Assembly (NCBI GenBank): GCA_963677925.2
Contig: CAXXYH010000003.1
Coordinates: 1,280,001 to 1,344,000 of the forward strand
DNA from: Spirochaetia bacterium
GTDB taxonomy: Bacteria; Spirochaetota; Spirochaetia; UBA9216
DNA length: 64,000 nucleotides
Reading direction: 5' to 3'
In this document: piece after piece, positions 57,251 to 64,000 of the stretch
Numbering within the stretch: the stretch's first letter is position 1
Layout of the letters: each line of letters starts with the position of its first letter
Made by a program: the position numbers and the translations under genes
Notes under the pieces: model-generated
What the model was told of the DNA's origin: nothing
Seen by the model: only the letters and a program-made list of their open reading frames with translations
Database searches by the model: none

Positions 57251-58248
57251 CTTTTAACAGTAAAAGCGAAGATATTTTAAAACGTTACCTGAATGCAGTA
57301 TCAAGGCACCTGCCGATGAAAAAACGTACCGATATATCCAGAGAACTGGAATCAACAATACTTGATATGCTTGAAGAACAGACAGGAACCCCCGATGCTG
57401 AAATAAGTATAGAAGTACTTGAACCGGTATTAAGAAAAGTGGGTAAACCGGCAGCTGTAGCGGGTCGCTACAAAGAGGAAAAGCCTCTTATCAGCAATGA
57501 GCTTATGCCGTTTTTCAAAATGGTGCTTCAGATAGTACTGATAGTCACTTTCTCTGTATCACTTTTGACCGGGATATTCTATATGGGAGAAATGACCGGG
57601 ATGGAAATATTGCAGAGAATCCTTGAGATATTCAGCGCTCTGCTGCAGGTAACCGGTACAGTTTTCATAGTATTCGTAATCATAGAGGAACTGGTAAAAG
57701 ATAAAAGAAGACTTTCTATTGATGACGGAGACTGGAAACTCAGTGAGCTTCCTTCTATCAGAACAAAAGTTCCCGGAAAAACGGAAATAATAGCAACCAT
57801 AGCTGCTGCGGCAGTTTTTATTGTCCTTCTCAACCTGTTTATTTCTAAAATCGGCATATATGATCTCAGTGCTAATCCACCGGTCTTCACACCTGTACTT
57901 TCTCCCTTTATATACAACCTGCTTCCAATATTCACGTTGAGACTTGCCGCTGGGGCTGTAATACTGATTCCTCTTATTGCCGGAAACAGTGTAAACAGAA
58001 ACAGAAGCTATTATTACAGCATTTCGACAGCAGCCCTTGAAATATTTGATATAGGTATGTTTTCAGTACTTCTGTACAGGGGACCCTCTGCCATGCTTAT
58101 GATGAAAGGCTTTGTCAAGGCAGGGCTGTCGGATCTTGTTCCACTGGTCGGAACCTTGTACAGAGGAATTTTACTGCTGCTGATTATTCTGACTCTTATC
58201 AGCATAGTCAGGAAAGTCATAACCATACTGCCTTCCGGCAGAATTTAA
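57247..58248 (+). CDS. PadR-associated membrane protein (HAAS-like N-terminus)
   Basis: RYLNAVSRHLP...DISRELESTILD...VGKPAAVA followed by several TMs. Confidence 0.75.
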   Translation: MTFNSKSEDILKRYLNAVSRHLPMKKRTDISRELESTILDMLEEQTGTPDAEISIEVLEPVLRKVGKPAAVAGRYKEEKPLISNELMPFFKMVLQIVLIVTFSVSLLTGIFYMGEMTGMEILQRILEIFSALLQVTGTVFIVFVIIEELVKDKRRLSIDDGDWKLSELPSIRTKVPGKTEIIATIAAAAVFIVLLNLFISKIGIYDLSANPPVFTPVLSPFIYNLLPIFTLRLAAGAVILIPLIAGNSVNRNRSYYYSISTAALEIFDIGMFSVLLYRGPSAMLMMKGFVKAGLSDLVPLVGTLYRGILLLLIILTLISIVRKVITILPSGRI

Positions 58249-58265
58249 AGAAACAGCAGGTTTAA

Positions 58266-58295
58266 CTGATACAGGCTAAAAAAAGCCTGTATCAG
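58266..58295. terminator. Hairpin, probable terminator
   Basis: CTGATACAGGCT-N6-AGCCTGTATCAG perfect 12-bp stem. Confidence 0.6.
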
Positions 58296-58355
58296 GACAG
58301 TAAATTTGCTCCCGGTATCAGGAATTCATATACTGAAGATATCAGGAGGAAATTA

Positions 58356-58979
58356 ATGAACAGAAAATTTTCTGCAGTATTACTTTTAATTCTGCTGTTC
58401 ACAGCTATAACCGCTTCTGCTGATTCGATCGTTGTAATCAATAAAACAGGATATGACCTCTACTACCTTCAGGTTTCTCCATCAGATTCTGATGAATGGG
58501 GAGAAGATGTTCTTGGTGATGATGTACTGCTTGACGGCGGGAATATAAAACTGGATATCGATGGTTACGATGTCTGCGAGCTTGATATCATGGCCGTGGA
58601 TGAAGAAGATGACGCCTACATAATATGGTCGTTTGACAGCTGCAGCGGAAGCAAGGTTGTCTTCACAATGGACGATCTTTATATAGATGACCCTGAAGGC
58701 GGCGTCCAGGACTTCACCATTCAGAATGATACGGGCTTTGATATCTATTATATCTATGTATCTCCCGACTATGCAGACGACTGGGAAGAGGATGTTCTTG
58801 GTGAGGGCGAAATACTTTCTGCAGGTGACTCATACTTTATCAGCTTTACAGGTTACGGTGATTACTGCAGTTTTGATGTCAGACTGGTTGATGAGGATGG
58901 CGATACCTATACCAAGTGGGGTGTGGATCTCTGCTCAACATATACCCTTTCCATATCTCTGGATGATCTGGACTACTGA
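58356..58979 (+). CDS. Secreted acidic protein with two tandem ~90-aa beta domains
   Basis: Signal peptide; repeat NxTG(Y/F)D(L/I)YYxxVSP...WxEDVLG...C..D...VDE...C present twice. Confidence 0.75.
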   Translation: MNRKFSAVLLLILLFTAITASADSIVVINKTGYDLYYLQVSPSDSDEWGEDVLGDDVLLDGGNIKLDIDGYDVCELDIMAVDEEDDAYIIWSFDSCSGSKVVFTMDDLYIDDPEGGVQDFTIQNDTGFDIYYIYVSPDYADDWEEDVLGEGEILSAGDSYFISFTGYGDYCSFDVRLVDEDGDTYTKWGVDLCSTYTLSISLDDLDY

Positions 58980-59023
58980 CGGGTCTTGTAATTCTGCCCT
59001 CCGGAAATGTATGATAGTGGAGA

Positions 59024-61381
59024 ATGAAAGCTAAAGATAATCAAAAACCGGAGCTGCTGGCTCCGGCCGGAAACCTTGAATGTGCAATTGCAGCACTACA
59101 GAGCGGAGCTGATGCGGTCTACGCAGGAATCAGCCGCTTTAACGCCCGGGAGATGGGCGAAAATTTTACCTTTGATGACATGTCCAGACTGTCAGCACAT
59201 GCCAAAAAACTCGGAAGAAAACTCTATCTGACCCTTAATACCCTCATCAAGGAAAATGAACTTGAAGATTTCGGGCGCTCAGTTGAAAAGATAGCAGGAC
59301 TGGAACCTGATGCGGTTATAATACAGGACATAGGCGCTGCTCTGTTTTTAAAAAAATATTTCCCGCAGCTTACCCTCCACGGCTCAACCCAGATGGGAAT
59401 ACACAACAGCGCCGGGGTTAAGACTGCCCAATCCTTCGGTATAGAACGCGTGATACTCGAACGCCAGATTACCATGACCGAACTTTCATCTATTGTAGAT
59501 GCTTCGCCTCTTGAGATAGAAGTCTTTGTTCACGGAGCGCTGTGCTGCTCTGTATCGGGGCACTGTCTCTTTTCATCATGGATGGGAGGCTGGAGCGGAA
59601 ACAGGGGGCGGTGCAAACAGCCCTGCCGCAGGCGCTTTCACAGCGATGAAAACGGAACAAAAAAAAGCGGATTCTTCTTCAGCACCCAGGATTATTACAG
59701 CCTGGATATGCTGGATGAACTCACAGAAGCCGGTGTTTCTTCACTTAAAATTGAAGGCCGCCTGAAGAAGGCTGACTATGTGAAGAACGTTGTGACAGCC
59801 TACAGGATGATGCTTGACTGCGACAGAAGCCAGCGCAGCAGGACCCTTGGCGAAGCAAGGAATATTCTTTCAAATTCATACGGCAGAAAATGGTCGCACG
59901 GGTTCATGTCTGAAGATGATATGGCCGGTCTTATTCATTACGAATCACCGGGTGTATCGGGTATGCTGGCCGGAGAGGTGGTAAAGACTGCCAACGGCGG
60001 CTTTACAGCTTCTGTAAGCCGGCGTCTTCATATCGGCGACAGAATCAGAATACAGACAAAAACAGGAGATGAGGGTCCTGCATTTACAATAACTAAGATG
60101 AACAGGAACCGTCAGCCTGTTAACCTTGCAGTTAAGGGCGACAAGGTTTTCATCAACTGCGACAAGGAAATTGCACAAAGCGGACGTATTTATAAAATTG
60201 GGGATACTTCAAAGGAGGCTGTAAAAGTTCCGAAGGATCTTCCTCTGTACTCCAGGCCTGCAGAAATCGACATCAGCATAAAGGTAAATACTTCCGGAAT
60301 GCAAATTTCGATCAGCGGTGTAAATGGAGCGGCACCCGGAACGGCCCTTGTCTGGGAAGACCTCAGTGAAATTGACACTGCGGAGCAGCATCCGCTTTCG
60401 GAAGAAAATTTACAGGAGGCCTTTACTGCAACAAGGGAAGCCGGAATACGGCTTGGAAACCTGAATGCAGAAATTACAGGCGAACTGTTCTTACCCGCGG
60501 GAAGACTTAAAAAGCTTCGCCGGGGCTTCTGGGAATGGGCTGTTGAGCAGATGGCTCCCCTTCTGGATTCAAAGAAGGTCAGCAGCTGGCTTGAACAGTT
60601 TAATCATGATCAGAGCAAAAAAGAAGAATTGAGGAGAATCAGTATAAGCGAAGAGGCAGAGCATGAGCAGACTGTTTACAACCCCGGCAACAGGGTCCGG
60701 AATACCGGGCTTTCGGATATAGTTAGAGCAGCAGATTTAACGAAGGCTGCAAAGAGCGGAGAAGAATTGCTTCTGCCATTCTTCTGTCCAGAATCACGGC
60801 TTGCTGATCTGAAAGAAGAAATAATTAACGCCTACCGAATGGGTATCAGAAGATTCAGAATTTCATCCATAGCACATATAAACCTTTTGAAGGAAGCAGG
60901 GATTACGAAAGGCGGAATTAACACAGAAGGAGTTTCTGAACCGGAGATATTTATCAGTACCGGATTTCCGCTGGCTGCTGCAAACAGCTACGCGGCTGAA
61001 CAGCTTAAAACAGCGGGAGCAGATAAGGTTCAGTTATGGCTGGAACTTGATCATGAGGCAGTAACAGAAGCGCTCAAGTACTGGCCAGTAAAAGCTGAGA
61101 TATACAGAAAGGGAAAGCCCTTCCTGCTTGCCACCAGGGCATCGGTGTCTGTTGAAGGAAGCATCAACGACAGCCGTGGAAAGTTCTTTACTGTTGAGAC
61201 ACCGGCACAGCGGGATATAGATTATTCGGGCCATGACAAGCCGGGTTTTCTGTCATGCATTTTCCCTCAGGAAGTGCTTGCGCTTCCGGAACAGAAGGGC
61301 TGCTCATCCTTTTATGATTTCAGCCGTGTAAACCCCGGAGATAAAGAGACGGAGTTTAACTATGATTTCTCTCTCATTTAA
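59024..61381 (+). CDS. U32 family protein, long RlhA-like form (probable RNA hydroxylase)
   Basis: PELLAPAG, GADAVY, HGSTQM, EVFVHGALC..SGHC...NRGRCKQPCR Fe-S motif, LKIEGR. Confidence 0.85.
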   Translation: MKAKDNQKPELLAPAGNLECAIAALQSGADAVYAGISRFNAREMGENFTFDDMSRLSAHAKKLGRKLYLTLNTLIKENELEDFGRSVEKIAGLEPDAVIIQDIGAALFLKKYFPQLTLHGSTQMGIHNSAGVKTAQSFGIERVILERQITMTELSSIVDASPLEIEVFVHGALCCSVSGHCLFSSWMGGWSGNRGRCKQPCRRRFHSDENGTKKSGFFFSTQDYYSLDMLDELTEAGVSSLKIEGRLKKADYVKNVVTAYRMMLDCDRSQRSRTLGEARNILSNSYGRKWSHGFMSEDDMAGLIHYESPGVSGMLAGEVVKTANGGFTASVSRRLHIGDRIRIQTKTGDEGPAFTITKMNRNRQPVNLAVKGDKVFINCDKEIAQSGRIYKIGDTSKEAVKVPKDLPLYSRPAEIDISIKVNTSGMQISISGVNGAAPGTALVWEDLSEIDTAEQHPLSEENLQEAFTATREAGIRLGNLNAEITGELFLPAGRLKKLRRGFWEWAVEQMAPLLDSKKVSSWLEQFNHDQSKKEELRRISISEEAEHEQTVYNPGNRVRNTGLSDIVRAADLTKAAKSGEELLLPFFCPESRLADLKEEIINAYRMGIRRFRISSIAHINLLKEAGITKGGINTEGVSEPEIFISTGFPLAAANSYAAEQLKTAGADKVQLWLELDHEAVTEALKYWPVKAEIYRKGKPFLLATRASVSVEGSINDSRGKFFTVETPAQRDIDYSGHDKPGFLSCIFPQEVLALPEQKGCSSFYDFSRVNPGDKETEFNYDFSLI

Positions 61382-62363
61382 AAACTCTGATGATTTTACA
61401 TGCAGAAAAACCTCGGCGGTAAACTTCAAGCCGCCGGAATGGAAGCTTGAAGGCCGGGGCATAATGTTCTCGGGTTCCTGTTTTGCTGAATACCTCTACA
61501 AGGAACTCCATACTGCCAATCTGAATGTGCAGATTACCCCTTTCGGAAATATTTACAACCCTGCAGCCATGGAAACAGCCTTCAGTATGGTTTTTAAACC
61601 AGGCGATATAAAGCCTTCCGATCTTCTGGAAAAGGACGGAATATATTACCACTACATGTTTCATTCCCTTGTGTATGGTGAGGATGCAGAAATCTTCAGC
61701 AGTATGCTCAACAGGGCGCTCGCTCAATGCAGGAACTTTCTGCAGAATGCCGAAGCTCTGATAATAACAGCCGGTACTGCAGCAGTATACAGGCATTTAA
61801 AAAGCGGTATGATTGTGAATAACTGCCACAGACAGACCTCCGGCACTTTTAACAGGGAAATGCTCAGTGTCGATCAGGCTTCACAAAACATGCTTGCGAT
61901 AATCAGCAGGCTGCGGAAACTGAATCCGGACATCCGCATCATATGGACTCTGAGCCCTGTAAGACATCTGCGTGATAATCCAGCTGAAAATTCACTAAGC
62001 AAGGCCGTCCTGCGCTGTGCAATAGATGAGGCAGTGAAAAGCGATCCGGAGGGCTCCTGGTATTTCCCCTCTTACGAAATTATGATGGACGAGCTTAGGG
62101 ACTACCGCTGGTATGCAGGGGATCTCTGCCATCCTTCAGATGAGGCTGTTGAGTACATTCTTTCAAGATTTATAAACTCTGCTTTTTCACCAAAATACCG
62201 GGAATTTATTACTTATTACACAAAACTGCTGAAATCGCTAAATCACCGGCCTTTAAATCCCGAATCGGAAGTCTACATCACACACCTGAAAGAGACAGAA
62301 CAAAAAATAGAAGAAATTAAACAGAAAAACCCGCTATACTTCAGTAATCACGAATCCTGCTGA
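61362..62363 (+). CDS. GSCFA domain protein (SGNH-like)
   Basis: GSCFAE, PFGNIYNP, VNNCH, TLSPVRH, NSLSKAVL, YFPSYEIMMDELRDYRWY..D..HP. Confidence 0.88.
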   Translation: MISLSFKNSDDFTCRKTSAVNFKPPEWKLEGRGIMFSGSCFAEYLYKELHTANLNVQITPFGNIYNPAAMETAFSMVFKPGDIKPSDLLEKDGIYYHYMFHSLVYGEDAEIFSSMLNRALAQCRNFLQNAEALIITAGTAAVYRHLKSGMIVNNCHRQTSGTFNREMLSVDQASQNMLAIISRLRKLNPDIRIIWTLSPVRHLRDNPAENSLSKAVLRCAIDEAVKSDPEGSWYFPSYEIMMDELRDYRWYAGDLCHPSDEAVEYILSRFINSAFSPKYREFITYYTKLLKSLNHRPLNPESEVYITHLKETEQKIEEIKQKNPLYFSNHESC

Positions 62364-63113
62364 GCTTAGAATATCAATTGAGCTGCCGAGTGCCTGCCTG
62401 ACCGCACGGCCAAAAAGTTCACCGAGTTTTGTATGCTTTCCGCAGTATTTTTCTCCGTCACTTCTGAAACTCTCAAAACTATCGGCTGCAGGAGCAGAGA
62501 AAACAAGAATTGAATCAGTACCTGTTCCGGTGGCATACATTTCAGAGACTGTACTTTTTATTCCGCGTTCATGAATGAGTGCCGTCTTGGCTTCACTGCA
62601 TATCATCAAAGCCTCACAGGCTGCCTGCGGAGCAAGCGGGATGCTGGTTCCGGCAATGATATTTATAGTTCCGGGTTCAATGTCAGGCTGCTTACAAGAA
62701 TGTTTTTCAGCAAGAAGCTCAGGCAGAAATGAAGCTCTGTCGCCTGCAGCCAGTGCGTTTGAAAACCCCGCTGTAAGGCAGCAGAAAACACTTACCCCCT
62801 GTTCCTCAATCAGCGCATCACAATAGCTGTTCATTGAGGCGGCAGTCATCATTCCGGAACATGGTTCCGGAAGACCGTAATGCGAAGCGCAGAGGCTTAT
62901 GCTTTCAGCCGGCTCAACAAAGTCTGTTTCAAGTCCGAGAAAGTTCTGTCTTACCTTCATATTAAGTACCGAGGAGGCAAAGCTCATCCCACCGCCCAGA
63001 ACGGCGGTTGAGAGGACCGGAACACTTCTGCTGAAAACAGCACGGCAGGAGTCGTCATCAACATTTACTGTGAAAGTAAAAGAACCGAAGTTATACTCTG
63101 AGTTTTTATTCAT
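62334..63113 (-). CDS. cbiZ: Adenosylcobinamide amidohydrolase
   Basis: LSTAVLGGG, GMMTAA, TAGFSNA, GTINI, EAK, ATGTGTDS, GKHTKLGE; ATG 63113 overlaps the upstream stop. Confidence 0.85.
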   Translation of the reverse strand: MNKNSEYNFGSFTFTVNVDDDSCRAVFSRSVPVLSTAVLGGGMSFASSVLNMKVRQNFLGLETDFVEPAESISLCASHYGLPEPCSGMMTAASMNSYCDALIEEQGVSVFCCLTAGFSNALAAGDRASFLPELLAEKHSCKQPDIEPGTINIIAGTSIPLAPQAACEALMICSEAKTALIHERGIKSTVSEMYATGTGTDSILVFSAPAADSFESFRSDGEKYCGKHTKLGELFGRAVRQALGSSIDILSSAGFVITEV

Positions 63114-63897
63114 TGTCCGAATCCCCGGCAGAGGCCGGACCGATAATGCGGTCACCGTTTTCGGGGCAGAAGTATTCACTTACCCTGGTATCATAAACCT
63201 CTTGAACAAGGGCAGGAGTGATAAATTCAGAGGGCTTGCCGCTGACAACAGTCTTTCCCTGCTTAAGCATGATCCCGAAATCAGCATAGTGCATTGCCTG
63301 ATTAAGATCATGCAGAACTGCTACTACTGTCTTTCCCGAATCGGCTATTGTCCGAAGATAGCCGAGCATTTTCAACTGATGCTTTAAGTCAAGATGGTTG
63401 CCCGGTTCATCAAGCAGAAGAATATCAGTCTGCTGAGCCAGAACCCGGCCGAGCAGCACACGCTGATACTCACCGCCGCTCAGATGCCGTACAGATCTTC
63501 CTGCAAGCATACTCATATCAAGCTGTTCCAGAACCCTGTCCACAACCCTGTTATCCTCATCAGAGGGAGGGCTGAAAAGTCTCTGGTAGGGATAGCGTCC
63601 CATCATAACCATTTCACGGACTGTATAATCAAAGTCGCCTGCACTCGTCTGGGGAATCATTCCGATGAGCCTTGCCCTCTCGGCAGGAGTTATCGCAGAG
63701 ATATTGCGGAGGTCCGCTTTTATGCTTCCAGAGGAAGGTTTTATCAGACCGTTTAGCAGTGAGAAGAGGGTTGATTTCCCGGAACCGTTGGGCCCCAGTA
63801 TTACCATGAAACATCCCTCACCTGCCGTAAAATTAACCGGCCCCAGGGAGAAACCTTCATCATAGCTGTAAACCGCATCGGCTGCATTCAGAATCAC
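63106..63897 (-). CDS. Cobalamin/iron-siderophore ABC ATPase (BtuD/FhuC-like)
   Basis: [44 protein letters not shown]. Confidence 0.9.
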   Translation of the reverse strand: MILNAADAVYSYDEGFSLGPVNFTAGEGCFMVILGPNGSGKSTLFSLLNGLIKPSSGSIKADLRNISAITPAERARLIGMIPQTSAGDFDYTVREMVMMGRYPYQRLFSPPSDEDNRVVDRVLEQLDMSMLAGRSVRHLSGGEYQRVLLGRVLAQQTDILLLDEPGNHLDLKHQLKMLGYLRTIADSGKTVVAVLHDLNQAMHYADFGIMLKQGKTVVSGKPSEFITPALVQEVYDTRVSEYFCPENGDRIIGPASAGDSDNE

Positions 63898-64000
63898 AGG
63901 GCAGCCGCCTTTCTGCTTTTACGCAGCATGTAAAGGAAGAAGGGGCCTCCCAGAATTGCAGTAATAACTCCGACGGGAATCTCCTGAGGAATCAGAAGCA
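63894..64000 (-). CDS. C-terminus of a FecCD/BtuC permease (5' part outside the window)
   Basis: Manual translation [34 protein letters not shown]; GTGA overlap with the ATPase gene. Confidence 0.9.
   Translation of the reverse strand, partial: LLIPQEIPVGVITAILGGPFFLYMLRKSRKAAAL

Noticed and set aside
1-64000. tRNA, rRNA, prophage, integrase/transposase, defence systems, Sec/Pyl recoding
   Set aside because: None recognised by eye and the intergenic gaps are short. tRNAscan-SE, Infernal/Rfam and DefenseFinder runs would be needed to exclude them formally.

Overview
This is a gene-dense bacterial chromosomal segment, most likely from a free-living anaerobic spirochaete (Spirochaetaceae-like). 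That assignment is inferred from the 'VFAGGSQE'-type signal peptide, the spirochaete-style MCP and the secreted FecR-domain protein. I found no rRNA, tRNA, CRISPR array or intact mobile element. Contents from left to right: (1) a catabolic patch with a partial GH78 alpha-L-rhamnosidase that is absent from the ORF track, two TetR regulators, an ABC-2 exporter, an MFS transporter, a carboxylesterase, a UroD/MtaA-family protein preceded by a hidden CoA-transferase III C-terminal remnant, an amidohydrolase, and an orphan family-5 binding protein with a sigma-54 promoter; (2) panE, an MCP and a YesMN-controlled sugar ABC system; (3) an rrf2-mnmA-cysK-Acr3-like sulfur cluster with a shared candidate operator and atypical MnmA and Acr3 motifs; (4) an uncharacterised FecR/lipoprotein/beta-barrel envelope cluster; (5) a two-component system divergent from a MacAB-TolC-like exporter; (6) a QueG-like Fe-S protein, asd, marR-MATE, ugd with a glycosyltransferase, a padR pair, a U32/RlhA-like protein, a GSCFA protein, and cbiZ with a corrinoid/iron ABC transporter running off the right edge. 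Across the window, many -10 boxes sit exactly 6 nt before an ATG with no Shine-Dalgarno (SD), which suggests leaderless mRNAs. All calls come from motif recognition by eye; no database searches were run.
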